Below are positions 16,071 through 28,135 of a stretch of DNA of 64,000 nt, piece after piece (within the stretch, counting starts at the first letter, position 1; every line of letters begins with the position of its first letter). A program made the translations under genes and the position numbers. Location of the stretch: contig CAVRIF010000001.1 in the NCBI GenBank assembly GCA_963721215.1, forward strand, positions 31,123 through 95,122, given 5' to 3'. The notes below the pieces were generated by a model. That model did not search any database. It was given only the letters and a program-made list of their open reading frames with translations, and had not been told where the DNA came from. The stretch is from an uncultured Actinomycetes bacterium (GTDB taxonomy: Bacteria > Actinomycetota > Thermoleophilia > Solirubrobacterales > 70-9).

Positions 16071-16541
16071 GTGCCGCGCCGCGCCCGCGCAGCGATCCGC
16101 CCGATCGAGCCCGACGCCATGCACCGGAGCCGGCTCGTGCAGCAGGTGATCAACAAGGTGATGACCGATGGCAAGAAGTCGATCGCCGAACAAACCGTGT
16201 ACGGCTCTCTCACAATCGTCGGGGAGCGAACCAGCCGTCCGCCGGTCGAGGTGCTCGACGAGGCGATCAAGGAGCTGACCCCGGTGCTCGAGGTCCGCTC
16301 CCGCCGGGTCGGCGGCGCCACCTATCAGGTGCCGGTCGAGGTCCCAGCGCGGCGGGCCCGCACCCTTGCCGTCCGCTGGCTGGTCCAATTCGCCCGCAGC
16401 CGGCGCGAGAAGGCCATGGCCGAGCGTCTCGCCAACGAGGTCCTCGACGCCACCCAGCAGCAGGGTGGCGCCTGGAAACGCAAGGACGACATCTACCGGA
16501 TGGCGCAGGCCAACAAGGCCTTCGCGCATTACCGCTGGTAA
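16071..16541 (+). CDS. rpsG: 30S ribosomal protein S7
   Basis: From GTG 16071: [15 protein letters not shown]...[19 protein letters not shown]...[19 protein letters not shown]...AFAHYRW. Confidence 0.95.
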   Translation: MPRRARAAIRPIEPDAMHRSRLVQQVINKVMTDGKKSIAEQTVYGSLTIVGERTSRPPVEVLDEAIKELTPVLEVRSRRVGGATYQVPVEVPARRARTLAVRWLVQFARSRREKAMAERLANEVLDATQQQGGAWKRKDDIYRMAQANKAFAHYRW

Positions 16542-16560
16542 TCCGGCACTTTTGCGAGCA

Positions 16561-17085
16561 CTAGGGCTCGTGCTTCCGCCCCCCGAGCCAGCGGGGTCGG
16601 AGGCCGGCAAGCTGGCTCGGGGTCAGCGTTGCGAGGATCGCCCCGCTGAACATCAGCGCCAAGGCGCCGGCCATCTCCAGCCAGAAGCCGGTCTGGGCCA
16701 CGGCCTTTGTGTCGTCGAGCTGCCCGGGGAGCGACGTGCACTCCTCCGCGGGCGTGCCGACGCTGTTCGCGTCCGGCAGGTCGACGACCAAAAACAGGAC
16801 CAGGGCGGCCAAGCCTGCGATCGCCACCGAGATCGCGGCGGGCCTGGATGCCCATAGGACCGCGACCAGCACGGCAGCGATCGCGAACAAGGCGATCACG
16901 CCTAGCGCGAGGTGATGACGGTCCGAGGCCTGCTGATCGCACAGCGGCTCGCCCCCGGCGGGAACGAACTCGAAGGTGGTCGTGAACTCCGAAGCAAACA
17001 GCGCAAGCGCCGCGACGATGCAGGCGTAGGGCAGCAGGCGCTCGGGGTGGAAGCGGGTTCGCGGTGGCGGCTTGCCGGCGCTCAC
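16561..17085 (-). CDS. hypothetical 4-TM membrane protein (paralog B), antisense to the str operon
   Basis: GTG 17085 overlaps the stop of the upstream paralog (GTGA). It has hydrophobic segments and shared landmarks with paralog A (ASEF/ASQF after TM1, H-rich start of TM2, GFWLEM/GFWVQL before TM4). Confidence 0.6.
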   Translation of the reverse strand: MSAGKPPPRTRFHPERLLPYACIVAALALFASEFTTTFEFVPAGGEPLCDQQASDRHHLALGVIALFAIAAVLVAVLWASRPAAISVAIAGLAALVLFLVVDLPDANSVGTPAEECTSLPGQLDDTKAVAQTGFWLEMAGALALMFSGAILATLTPSQLAGLRPRWLGGRKHEP

Positions 17086-17699
17086 GTGGCGACTCCCTCC
17101 ACGCCCGAGCCGCCCGCGGAGGCCGCAAACGTGCTCCCTGCGACGCCGGCGCTCCCGCGCCGTTTCGCTGAGCGCGTTCGGCGCCTGGCGCGCTCGCCGC
17201 GCAGGTGGACCGCGAGCAGCGGGCCGCTGACAGCCAGCGTCACCCCGGAGCACAGCTGCACCCAAAAGCCGCCCAGCAGGGTCGCGTTGGCGCCCTGGTA
17301 GGTGGTCGCGGCCAGGCCCTCACGCAGCCCCTGGCGAGCGTCCACCAGGAGGCTGATGAGGATCACCGCCACCCCGAGCACGATCAGCAGGCGGGCCAGG
17401 CGCCACCTGCCGGCGACCGCGAAGGCCGTCACGAAGAGCGCCGCGATCGCGATCGCGAGCACCGCTACGCCGTGGGCGGATCGGGGCGACTTGCGGTCCC
17501 GCGCCGGGGCGGGCGCCACGTCCCGCACCCCCGTGTACTGGGAAGCCCCGATCTCGACGGCGCGATAGTCGCTGAACTGAGAGGCGCCGAGGGTGATGGT
17601 CGCAGCCAGCGCCACCACGGCGAGGCCGCGGGCCGGGGTGACTACGCGCTCACCAAATCGGACCGCCGAGCGCAACGCGCGCAGCTCCCGACGCCTCAT
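17082..17699 (-). CDS. hypothetical 4-TM membrane protein (paralog A), antisense to the str operon
   Basis: 205-aa ORF with four hydrophobic segments. It can be aligned by eye to the downstream gene. Confidence 0.6.
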   Translation of the reverse strand: MRRRELRALRSAVRFGERVVTPARGLAVVALAATITLGASQFSDYRAVEIGASQYTGVRDVAPAPARDRKSPRSAHGVAVLAIAIAALFVTAFAVAGRWRLARLLIVLGVAVILISLLVDARQGLREGLAATTYQGANATLLGGFWVQLCSGVTLAVSGPLLAVHLRGERARRRTRSAKRRGSAGVAGSTFAASAGGSGVEGVAT

Positions 17700-17731
17700 C
17701 CGGGCGTCCTGAGGGGCATCATGCCTCTGCT

Positions 17732-17737
17732 ATATTC
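17732..17737 (+). promoter_or_regulatory. -10-like box TATATT upstream of fusA leader
   Basis: CTATATT, the same heptamer as upstream of rpsL and tuf. It lies 144 nt before the fusA ATG. Confidence 0.3.
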
Positions 17738-17840
17738 AGCCGTCGCTCGTGCGCAAGCGGAGCGCGGCGTGCGAGCGGGAATCCATTCATGGAGAGCTGC
17801 ACGATATAGGCGTTTCGGGCTGAGCTGGCAACCGCGCCCC

Positions 17841-17862
17841 AGGCCCGCATGGGCCTTTTTTG
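17841..17862 (+). terminator. intrinsic terminator/attenuator hairpin 20 nt upstream of fusA
   Basis: AGGCCC-GCAT-GGGCCT followed by TTTTTTG on the + strand. The U-run is present only in the + orientation. Confidence 0.55.
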
Positions 17863-17880
17863 TGCGCGAATACCGAACTA

Positions 17881-19992
<2,112 letters not shown>

Positions 19993-19998
19993 TTTTCC

Positions 19999-20004
19999 TA
20001 TATT
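19999..20004 (+). promoter_or_regulatory. -10-like box TATATT upstream of tuf
   Basis: CCTATATTTCC lies in the 100-nt fusA-tuf spacer. AAAGGAG (SD) precedes the tuf ATG. Confidence 0.3.
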
Positions 20005-20092
20005 TCCGGGGTTCGCCGGAGTGGCGAGCCGAGACCCGCAGCGTTGAGCAGACAGACTTCGAGAGAAACCCGCGAGCACCAAAAGGAGCGAG

Positions 20093-21280
<1,188 letters not shown>

Positions 21281-21286
21281 CGGCTC

Positions 21287-21313
21287 GGGGCCGGCTTGGC
21301 CGGCCCCTTTTTG
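21287..21313 (+). terminator. intrinsic terminator after tuf
   Basis: GGGGCCGGC-TTG-GCCGGCCCC followed by TTTTTG. Confidence 0.8.
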
Positions 21314-21318
21314 TTGAG

Positions 21319-21390
21319 CCCGCGGCGAGTCGCGGGAGAAGTGAAAGGACATACGACCGGGGCGGCGCCCCACACAGGGGCGGCGCCCCA
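21319..21390 (+). promoter_or_regulatory. structured S10-operon leader
   Basis: Hairpin CCCGCG-GCGAGT-CGCGGG (21319-21336). It also has two tandem copies of the self-complementary GGGGCGGCGCCCCA (21359-21372, 21377-21390) just upstream of rpsJ. Function inferred from position only. Confidence 0.35.
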
Positions 21391-21407
21391 ACTGTGCGAT
21401 AGGACAG

Positions 21408-21728
21408 ATGTCAGCGGTAACAGCGAACAAGATCCGCATCCGCCTGAAGGCGTACGACCACGACGCCATCGACCGGGCGGCGCGGGAGATCGTGGAGACG
21501 GCACAACGGACCGGCGCGCGCGTCGCCGGGCCCGTACCCCTGCCCACCGACAAGAACGTCTATTGCGTGATTCGCTCGCCGTTCAAGGACAAGGACTCCC
21601 GCGAGCATTTCGAGATCCGCACGCACAAGCGGCTGATCGACATTCACCAGCCGACGCCGAAGACGATCGATTCCCTCCAGCGCCTCGACGCGCTGCCGGC
21701 CGGAGTCGACATCGAGATCAAGACCTAG
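21408..21728 (+). CDS. rpsJ: 30S ribosomal protein S10
   Basis: [40 protein letters not shown]. Confidence 0.97.
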   Translation: MSAVTANKIRIRLKAYDHDAIDRAAREIVETAQRTGARVAGPVPLPTDKNVYCVIRSPFKDKDSREHFEIRTHKRLIDIHQPTPKTIDSLQRLDALPAGVDIEIKT

Positions 21729-21741
21729 GTAGCGGTGCTGG

Positions 21742-22353
21742 GTGGCGGCGATCATCGGTAAGAAGCTCGGGATGACACAAGTGTTCACGGATGACGGCAC
21801 CCGGGTGCCCGTCACCGTGATCGAGGCGGGTCCCTGCCCGGTCACCGCGGTGCGCGATGCCGACCGCGACGGCTACGCGGCGGTGCAACTCGCCTTCGCG
21901 GAAGTGCCGGAGCGCAAGCTCACCAAGGCGGAGCTGGGTCACCTGAAGAAGGCCGGCGCTCCCCCTGCCCGGACGCTGGTCGAGTTCCGCGATCAGGGAG
22001 AGCACCAGGTTGGCGAGACGCTCACGGTCGAGCAGTTCGAGCCGGGGCAGCGGGTCAAGGTCTCCGGGGTTGCGATCGGCAAGGGGTTCGCGGGCACGAT
22101 CCGCCGCCACAACTTCAGCCGCGGCCCCGTGACGCACGGCTCCCACAACATTCGGGCTCCGGGCTCGATTGGCGCCAGCGCCGACCCGGCGCGGGTCTTC
22201 AAAGGCGTCAGGATGCCCGGCCGCATGGGCGGCAAGCGCATCACCCAGCGACGCCTCGAGGTTGTCGAAGTGGACGCCGAACGCAACCTGCTGCTCGTCA
22301 AGGGCGCGGTGCCCGGCCCTCGCAACGGCACGGTGGAGATTCGGAGCGATTGA
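21742..22353 (+). CDS. rplC: 50S ribosomal protein L3
   Basis: IIGKKLGMTQVFTDDGTRVPVTVIEAGPC ... GKGFAGTIRRHNF. Confidence 0.97.
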   Translation: MAAIIGKKLGMTQVFTDDGTRVPVTVIEAGPCPVTAVRDADRDGYAAVQLAFAEVPERKLTKAELGHLKKAGAPPARTLVEFRDQGEHQVGETLTVEQFEPGQRVKVSGVAIGKGFAGTIRRHNFSRGPVTHGSHNIRAPGSIGASADPARVFKGVRMPGRMGGKRITQRRLEVVEVDAERNLLLVKGAVPGPRNGTVEIRSD

Positions 22354-23108
22354 TGGCTTCGCAAACGAAATCCGCGGGGAGTAGTCGTGCGGCGACGACG
22401 GGGGTTCGCGCGCCTGTGTTGGGCAAGACCTCAAAGGCGGATCTGCCGGCAGCCCTGTTCGGTGAGGAGTTTCATGAGTCGCTCGTCCACGAGACGGCGC
22501 GGGCCGACCTCGCCGCTCGGCGACGCGGCACGGCGTCCACGCTCGGTCGCGGCGAGGTCTCGATGACCACGGCCAAGGCCTGGCGGCAGAAGGGCACCGG
22601 TCGCGCCCGCGCCGGCGCGCTCAGCGTCCCGCACCGCCGTGGCGGAGGCGCAGCCTTTGGCCCGACGCCGCGCGTGTACGCCGTGAAGGTGAACCGCAAG
22701 GCTCGGCGGCGGGCGCTTCGCGCCGCGTTGTCAGTGCATGCTGCCCGGGGCAGTGTCGCCGTGATTGACGGCGCGGACTACTCCGAGCCCTCCACCAAGC
22801 AGGCCGCCGAGGCACTCGCCAAGTGGGCCCCCGAGGGCAGCGTCTTGGTGCTTCTCGCCGGCGATGAGGAGCTCACGGCGGCGAAGAGCTTCCACAACAT
22901 CCCCCGGGTAACCGTGGTCCAAGCCACCGCGGTGGGAGTGGCCGACATCATCGGTCACGCTTCTCTGGCGGTCTCCAAAGATGCGTTGGAAGTGCTTGAG
23001 GCTCGGGCCGTCGATGTCCAGCGTGGGGGGCGGACGACCGGCGCGGCTGAAACGGGTTCCCCCGAGGAATCGGAAGGCGTAGCCGAAGGCAAGGATTCCG
23101 AGGAGTAA
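22350..23108 (+). CDS. rplD: 50S ribosomal protein L4 (N- and C-terminal extensions)
   Basis: KAWRQKGTGRARAGALSVPHRRGGGAAFGPTPR core. The acidic tail is QRGGRTTGAAETGSPEESEGVAEGKDSEE. Confidence 0.95.
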   Translation: MMASQTKSAGSSRAATTGVRAPVLGKTSKADLPAALFGEEFHESLVHETARADLAARRRGTASTLGRGEVSMTTAKAWRQKGTGRARAGALSVPHRRGGGAAFGPTPRVYAVKVNRKARRRALRAALSVHAARGSVAVIDGADYSEPSTKQAAEALAKWAPEGSVLVLLAGDEELTAAKSFHNIPRVTVVQATAVGVADIIGHASLAVSKDALEVLEARAVDVQRGGRTTGAAETGSPEESEGVAEGKDSEE

Positions 23109-23110
23109 GC

Positions 23111-23407
23111 GTGGAGGCTCGCCAGGTGATCATCGAGCCGGTCGTCTCTGAGAAGAGCTATGCGCTGATGGCGGACGGCAAGTACACGTTCCGCGTGGAC
23201 GACCGGGCGCACAAGACCCAGGTCGCCCGGGCGATCGAGGAGATCTTCGAGGTTCGCGTGAAGGCAGTGCGAACCGCCAAGGTGCGCTCGAAGCCGAAGC
23301 GCCGTGGCCTGAACAGCGGTCGCACCCGCTCATGGAAGAAGGCGGTCGTGCAGCTCGCGCCCGGCGAACGGATCGAGCTGTTCGAGGGCGCCGCGGTGGC
23401 CGAGTGA
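23111..23407 (+). CDS. rplW: 50S ribosomal protein L23
   Basis: VIIEPVVSEKSYALMADGKYTFRVDDRAHKTQVARAIEEIFEV. Confidence 0.95.
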   Translation: MEARQVIIEPVVSEKSYALMADGKYTFRVDDRAHKTQVARAIEEIFEVRVKAVRTAKVRSKPKRRGLNSGRTRSWKKAVVQLAPGERIELFEGAAVAE

Positions 23408-23427
23408 GAGCAGCAGGCAACTGATCG

Positions 23428-24270
23428 ATGCCGATTCGAAAGTCAAAGCCAACCAGCCCCGGGAGGCGCTTCGCGACCTTCCAGCTTCGCGACGAGTTGA
23501 CCGTGGAGCAGCCCCACAAGCCCCTGACGAAGGGCAAGTCGAAGAGCGGTGGGCGCAACTCCCGTGGCCGCATCACTTCGCGACACCGAGGCGGCGGCGC
23601 CAAGCGCCGTTACCGTCGAATCGACTTCAAGCGCCGCAAGGACGGCGTGCCGGCGAGGGTGGCGACGGTCGAATACGACCCCAACCGCACCTGCTATATC
23701 GCCCTCGTGGAGTACGCGGACGGTGAGAAGCGGTACATCCTCGCTCCGCAGGGGCTGCAGCCCGGCGACCGAGTTGAGTCGGGCGAGCGCGCCGATATCC
23801 GGCCCGGCAACGCGCTGCCGCTGCGCTCAATCCCCACCGGGACGATCGTGCACAACGTCGAGCTTGTCCCCGGGCAGGGAGGGCGCCTGGGGCGTGCCGC
23901 TGGCTCTGCGATCCAGGTGGCCGCCAAGGAGGGCCCGAGGGTGACCCTGCGCCTCCCCTCCTCGGAGATGCGGATGGTGCGCGCGGACTGCCGCGCCACC
24001 GTCGGTACGCTCTCGAACGCGGAGCACCAGAACATCAAGCTGGGAAAGGCGGGCCGCTCCCGCCACAAGGGGCGCCGACCACAGACCCGGGGGGTGGCGA
24101 TGAATCCCGTCGACCACCCGCATGGCGGGGGCGAGGCGCATCACACACCGGGCGGCCATCCGGAAACTCCATGGGGCAAGCCGGCGCTGGGCTACCGGAC
24201 GCGCAAGAAGGGCAAGGGCTCCGACGCGATGATCGTTCGCGGCCGCCGGCGCGGGAAGAAGAAGCGATAG
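23428..24270 (+). CDS. rplB: 50S ribosomal protein L2
   Basis: [15 protein letters not shown]... [17 protein letters not shown]. Confidence 0.97.
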   Translation: MPIRKSKPTSPGRRFATFQLRDELTVEQPHKPLTKGKSKSGGRNSRGRITSRHRGGGAKRRYRRIDFKRRKDGVPARVATVEYDPNRTCYIALVEYADGEKRYILAPQGLQPGDRVESGERADIRPGNALPLRSIPTGTIVHNVELVPGQGGRLGRAAGSAIQVAAKEGPRVTLRLPSSEMRMVRADCRATVGTLSNAEHQNIKLGKAGRSRHKGRRPQTRGVAMNPVDHPHGGGEAHHTPGGHPETPWGKPALGYRTRKKGKGSDAMIVRGRRRGKKKR

Positions 24271-24272
24271 GG

Positions 24273-24545
24273 ATGGGGCGCTCGACCAAGAAGGGCCCGT
24301 TCGTGGAGGAACGCCTGCTGAGGCGGATCCAGCAGATGAACGAGAGCGGTCAGAAGCAGATGATCAAGACCTGGTCGAGGCACTCAACGATCTTCCCGGA
24401 CATGGTCGGACACACGATCGCCGTCCACGATGGCCGCAAGCACGTCCCGGTGTTCGTCTCCGAGTCGATGGTGGGGCACAAACTGGGCGAGTTCGCGCCC
24501 ACCCGCACGTTCCGGGCGCACTCGGGCACCAAGGCGGAGCGTTGA
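24273..24545 (+). CDS. rpsS: 30S ribosomal protein S19
   Basis: From ATG 24273: [16 protein letters not shown]...[32 protein letters not shown]. Confidence 0.96.
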   Translation: MGRSTKKGPFVEERLLRRIQQMNESGQKQMIKTWSRHSTIFPDMVGHTIAVHDGRKHVPVFVSESMVGHKLGEFAPTRTFRAHSGTKAER

Positions 24546-24916
24546 TCGTGGCGGAGCGTAAGAAGCAGGATCCCGAGGGCCCGGTGGTGCGGGCGAGTGC
24601 TCGCTACATGCGGGTGGCACCGCGCAAGGCACGCTTGGTAGCCGACCAGGTCCGCGGCCTCACGGTCCCCGAGGCGCGTACTTTGCTCGACTTCTCGGTC
24701 CGTGGTGCGGCGCGCGACATCGCCAAGCTGATCGCCTCGGCAGCTGCCAATGCGGAGAACAATCACGAGCTGGTGGCCGAGGACATGCGGATCGTGGAGA
24801 TCCAGGTCGACGAGGGCCCGACCCTGAAGCGCTGGCGAGCTCGTGCGCGCGGCCGGGCGACCAAGATCGAGAAGCGAACGAGCCACGTGAGCGTCGCGCT
24901 GACGCCGTCCGAGTAG
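24542..24916 (+). CDS. rplV: 50S ribosomal protein L22
   Basis: [29 protein letters not shown]. The start overlaps the rpsS stop. Confidence 0.95.
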   Translation: MIVAERKKQDPEGPVVRASARYMRVAPRKARLVADQVRGLTVPEARTLLDFSVRGAARDIAKLIASAAANAENNHELVAEDMRIVEIQVDEGPTLKRWRARARGRATKIEKRTSHVSVALTPSE

Positions 24917-24928
24917 AAGAAGGGAACG

Positions 24929-26047
24929 ATGGGGCAGAAGATTCATCCCGAGGGCTTCAGAGTCGGCTACATCCACGACTGGAAGTCGAACTGGTTCAAC
25001 CAGCGCGAGTTCTCGGATTACCTGTTCGAGGACATTGCGATCCGCGAACACATCCAGCGCAAGCTCTCGCACGCTGGGCTCTCCGACATCACCATCGTCA
25101 AGCAGCGCGGCGAAGTCACGGTCGACATCCACACTGCGCGCCCAGGCATCGTGATTGGCAAGTCGGGGTCCGAGGTGGACGCCCTGCGCCGTGACCTGCA
25201 CAAGCTGCTGAACAAGCCAGTGAAAGTCAACATTCGCGAGATCAAGCGCCCCGAGCTGGACGCCAAGCTGGTCGCCCAGTCGATTGCTGAGCAGCTTCAG
25301 AACCGGGTCGCGTTCCGGAGGGCGATGAAGCGCGCCCTGACCTCGGCGATGCGCTCCGGTGCCAAGGGAGTCAAGGTCCAGGTCTCCGGTCGTCTGGGCG
25401 GTGCCGAGATGGCCCGTACCGAGGGCTACTCCGACGGCCGGGTTCCGCTTCATACGCTGCGCGCCGACATCGATTACGGCTTCGTGGAGGCGCGCACCAC
25501 CACCGGTCGGATCGGCGTCAAGTGCTGGATCAACAAGGGCGAGGTGATGCCGGAGGGCTATGGCCCCAGCTCCGGAGAGGAGGGCGCGGACACGCTGACA
25601 CCGCGCTCCGCCCGCCAGCGCCCGGGCCGTCCTGAGCGCCGCGAGCGAGGCCCGGGGCGCGCCAGGCCGCCCGCTCCCACCCGTCCCGAGACGCCGGCAC
25701 CGGCCGCCCCGGCCGCGTCCCAGCCCGCCCCCGCCGCAGCTGGTGCGGCCCCAGCAGTGGCTGCAGGCGGAGCGGCTAAAGCTGGACCGGCTGAAGGTCG
25801 ATCGGTTCGGGCTAGCGACGAAGTCGCGGAAGAAACGGCTGAACCTGCCGCCACGTCCGAGCCCAAACCCGCCGGAAACGTAGGCGAAGCCGAGGCTTCC
25901 GGCAGAGTGGTTCCCGAGCAGCCGGCGGATGATGAAGTCGCGGAAGGCACGGCTGAACCTGCCGCCACTCCGGAGCCGAAACCCGCCGGAAACGAAGCCG
26001 AAGGCGAGGCTTCCGGCGGAGATGATTCCGGCGGAGGTGATGATTGA
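24929..26047 (+). CDS. rpsC: 30S ribosomal protein S3 with ~160-aa C-terminal extension
   Basis: [23 protein letters not shown] ... [18 protein letters not shown] is canonical S3, ending about nt 25559. The ORF continues through a Pro/Ala/Arg-rich stretch and two repeat copies to a TGA overlapping the rplP ATG (ATGA). Confidence 0.93.
   Translation: MGQKIHPEGFRVGYIHDWKSNWFNQREFSDYLFEDIAIREHIQRKLSHAGLSDITIVKQRGEVTVDIHTARPGIVIGKSGSEVDALRRDLHKLLNKPVKVNIREIKRPELDAKLVAQSIAEQLQNRVAFRRAMKRALTSAMRSGAKGVKVQVSGRLGGAEMARTEGYSDGRVPLHTLRADIDYGFVEARTTTGRIGVKCWINKGEVMPEGYGPSSGEEGADTLTPRSARQRPGRPERRERGPGRARPPAPTRPETPAPAAPAASQPAPAAAGAAPAVAAGGAAKAGPAEGRSVRASDEVAEETAEPAATSEPKPAGNVGEAEASGRVVPEQPADDEVAEGTAEPAATPEPKPAGNEAEGEASGGDDSGGGDD
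25809..25905 (+). repeat. structured repeat, copy B (in frame inside rpsC)
   Basis: GGGCTAGCGACGAAGTCGCGGAAGAAACGGCTGAACCTGCCGCCACGTCCGAGCCCAAACCCGCCGGAAACGTAGGCGAAGCCGAGGCTTCCGGCAG. Confidence 0.9.
25931..26019 (+). repeat. structured repeat, copy C (5'-truncated second unit of a dimer, in frame inside rpsC)
   Basis: GATGATGAAGTCGCGGAAGGCACGGCTGAACCTGCCGCC...AAACCCGCCGGAAACGAAGCCGAAGGCGAGGCTTCCGGCGG. The 3'-arm motif TTCCGGCGGA is repeated again at 26026-26035. Confidence 0.9.
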
Positions 26048-26466
26048 TGCTGATGCCGAAACGCGTCAAGCACCGCAAGGTCCATCGCGGGCGCATGCGG
26101 GGCAACTCGAAGGGAGGCCATCAGGTGGCCTTCGGCGAGTACGGGTTGAAGGCACTCGAGCGTGGTTGGGTCACCAACCGTCAGATCGAGGCTGCCCGTG
26201 TCGCCATGACCCGGAAAATCAAGCGCGGCGGCAAGGTGTGGATCAACGTCTTCCCCGACAAGCCCTACACGAAGAAGCCGGCCGAGACGCGGATGGGCTC
26301 GGGCAAGGGCAACCCGGAGGGCTGGGTCGCCGTCATCAAGCCGGGGCGCGTGATGTTCGAGCTCGCCGGCGTGCCCGAGGACCTGGCGCGCGACGCGATC
26401 CGGCTCGCCGGTCACAAGCTGCCCGTGAAGACGAAGTTCGTGAAGCGCGAAGGGGTCGCGGAGTGA
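26044..26466 (+). CDS. rplP: 50S ribosomal protein L16
   Basis: [19 protein letters not shown]... Confidence 0.97.
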   Translation: MMLMPKRVKHRKVHRGRMRGNSKGGHQVAFGEYGLKALERGWVTNRQIEAARVAMTRKIKRGGKVWINVFPDKPYTKKPAETRMGSGKGNPEGWVAVIKPGRVMFELAGVPEDLARDAIRLAGHKLPVKTKFVKREGVAE

Positions 26467-26675
26467 AGGGGTCGGATGTTCATTCGCTCAACGATCACGA
26501 CCTCGTCGAGCGGCTCAAGGATGCACGCCAGGAGGCTTTCAACCTGCGCTTTCGCCAGGCGACCGGCGAGCTCGAGAACACCGCGGGCCTGCGTACGGCC
26601 CGCCGCGACGTCGCCCGACTGCTGAGCGTCGCCCGCCAGCGCGGCATCGACCTTCGGAAGGAGCTCAAGCGCTGA
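26463..26675 (+). CDS. rpmC: 50S ribosomal protein L29
   Basis: From GTG 26463 (GTGA overlap with the rplP stop): [56 protein letters not shown]. It is hidden in the track inside a longer frame run (25929..26675). Confidence 0.9.
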   Translation: MKGSDVHSLNDHDLVERLKDARQEAFNLRFRQATGELENTAGLRTARRDVARLLSVARQRGIDLRKELKR

Positions 26676-27418
26676 TGGCCGAGGAAGAGAAGAACCAGCC
26701 CGAAGCCAGCGAGGAAGTCGCTGAGGATGAGGCCGGGGCTAGCGACGAGATCGCGAACGAGGCGGCCGAGCCTGCCACGCCGTCGGAGGCTGCCGAGGAG
26801 CAGCCGGCCGAGGCGGAAGCTGGCGAGGAGCCGGCCGGCGACACCGAGGCTGAGGAGAGCGAGGTCAGGGCTAGCGACGAAGTCGCGGAGGGCACGGCCG
26901 AACCTGCCGCCACGCCGGAGCCCAAACCCGCCGGAGACGAAGCCGAAGGCGAGGCTTCCGGCGGAGTGGATCCTGGCCCAAAGGCCAGGCGCAGGCTGGA
27001 GCGCTCACGGGCCTCTGGGACGCCGCGTCCTTCGCGGACGCCCGAGGAGCGGGCGACCGAGCGCGCCGAGGGGCAGCGCGCTTCCGCGGAGCGCCGCCGC
27101 CGCTACCGAGCCGGCCGCCGCCGCAAGCGTGGCGAGCCGGGCACCGGGACCCCTCCGGCCCCTCGTCAGCCGGGGCCGAAGAAGGTTCGCCAGGGCACTG
27201 TGGTCTCGGCTGGGGGCGACAAGACGATCACGGTCGAGATCGCGGTCGTGCGGCGCCACCGAACCTACGAGAAGGTCGTTCGCCGGACCAGCAAGCTTCG
27301 CGCCCACGACGAGGCCAATCAGGCGCAGGAGGGCGACGTCGTCCGCGTCGTCGAGTCGCGGCCGCTGTCGCGAACGAAACGCTGGCGGCTGCTCGAGATC
27401 CTGGAGAAGGCCCGGTGA
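26675..27418 (+). CDS. rpsQ: 30S ribosomal protein S17 with ~168-aa N-terminal extension
   Basis: The C-terminal 78 aa ([68 protein letters not shown]) is canonical S17. The ORF starts at an ATG sharing its A with the rpmC TGA (TGATG). No alternative SD/start was seen near the conserved domain, so the extension is probably translated. An internal start cannot be excluded. Confidence 0.85.
   Translation: MAEEEKNQPEASEEVAEDEAGASDEIANEAAEPATPSEAAEEQPAEAEAGEEPAGDTEAEESEVRASDEVAEGTAEPAATPEPKPAGDEAEGEASGGVDPGPKARRRLERSRASGTPRPSRTPEERATERAEGQRASAERRRRYRAGRRRKRGEPGTGTPPAPRQPGPKKVRQGTVVSAGGDKTITVEIAVVRRHRTYEKVVRRTSKLRAHDEANQAQEGDVVRVVESRPLSRTKRWRLLEILEKAR
26736..26790 (+). repeat. degenerate partial repeat copy D' (inside rpsQ 5' extension)
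   Basis: GGGCTAGCGACGAGATCGCGAACGAGGCGGCCGAGCCTGCC retains the 5' motif and a shortened hairpin (GCGA..TCGC). The 3' half has diverged. Confidence 0.6.
26877..26973 (+). repeat. structured repeat, copy D (in frame inside rpsQ 5' extension)
   Basis: GGGCTAGCGACGAAGTCGCGGAGGGCACGGCCGAACCTGCCGCCACGCCGGAGCCCAAACCCGCCGGAGACGAAGCCGAAGGCGAGGCTTCCGGCGG. Confidence 0.9.
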
Positions 27419-27783
27419 TCCAGCAGGAGACGAAGCTTCGGGTGGCAGACAACTCAGGCGCCCGCGAGATCCTCTGCATCCGCGTGAAGGGCGGGCACCA
27501 TCGCCGCTACGCGAGCGTCGGCGACGTGATCACGGCGACCGTCAAACAGGCGGCTCCTCACGGCGGCGTACGCAAGGGCGAGGTCGTGCAGGCGGTTGTC
27601 GTGCGCACCAAGAAGCAGCTCGGGCGCTCCGACGGGACCTACATCGCCTTCGACGAGAACGCGGCCGTGCTGATCGATCCGCAACTAAACCCTCGCGGAA
27701 CCCGGATCTTCGGCCCCGTTGCCCGGGAGCTGCGGGAGCGGAACTTCATGAAGATCGTGTCTTTAGCCCCGGAGGTTCTGTAG
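27415..27783 (+). CDS. rplN: 50S ribosomal protein L14
   Basis: [24 protein letters not shown]... Confidence 0.97.
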   Translation: MIQQETKLRVADNSGAREILCIRVKGGHHRRYASVGDVITATVKQAAPHGGVRKGEVVQAVVVRTKKQLGRSDGTYIAFDENAAVLIDPQLNPRGTRIFGPVARELRERNFMKIVSLAPEVL

Positions 27784-27785
27784 CA

Positions 27786-28127
27786 ATGGCGAAATCGATG
27801 AGGATCCGCAAGGACGACACGGTGGTCGTCACCGGCGGCAAGAATCGCGGCAAGACCGGGCGCGTCCTGCGCACCGACCCACAGAAGCGGCGGGTCTACG
27901 TCGAGGGCCTGAACATGGTCAAGCGCCACCAGCGCCCGCGCTCGGTGAAGGACACCCAGAAGGGGGCCCAGACCGGCGGCATCATCGAGAAGGAGGGGCC
28001 CATCCACGTCTCCAATGTGATGCTGCTCGATCCCACCGACAACAAGCCGACCCGCGTCGGCGTGCGCTCCACGCAGGCCGGCAAGCGCGAGCGCTACGCG
28101 AAGCGCACCGGCAAGGCGATCGAGTAG
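27786..28127 (+). CDS. rplX: 50S ribosomal protein L24
   Basis: From ATG 27786: [51 protein letters not shown] (KOW motif). It is trimmed from the 466-aa frame run in the track. Confidence 0.95.
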   Translation: MAKSMRIRKDDTVVVTGGKNRGKTGRVLRTDPQKRRVYVEGLNMVKRHQRPRSVKDTQKGAQTGGIIEKEGPIHVSNVMLLDPTDNKPTRVGVRSTQAGKRERYAKRTGKAIE

Positions 28128-28135
28128 AGACATCG

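Noticed and set aside
25929-28127. Track ORFs of 248 aa (25929-26675) and 466 aa (26727-28127) in the + strand.
   Set aside because: These are frame runs through neighbouring genes. Only their 3' parts are real (rpmC from 26463, rplX from 27786), as shown by the conserved L29 and L24 sequences and coupled start sites.
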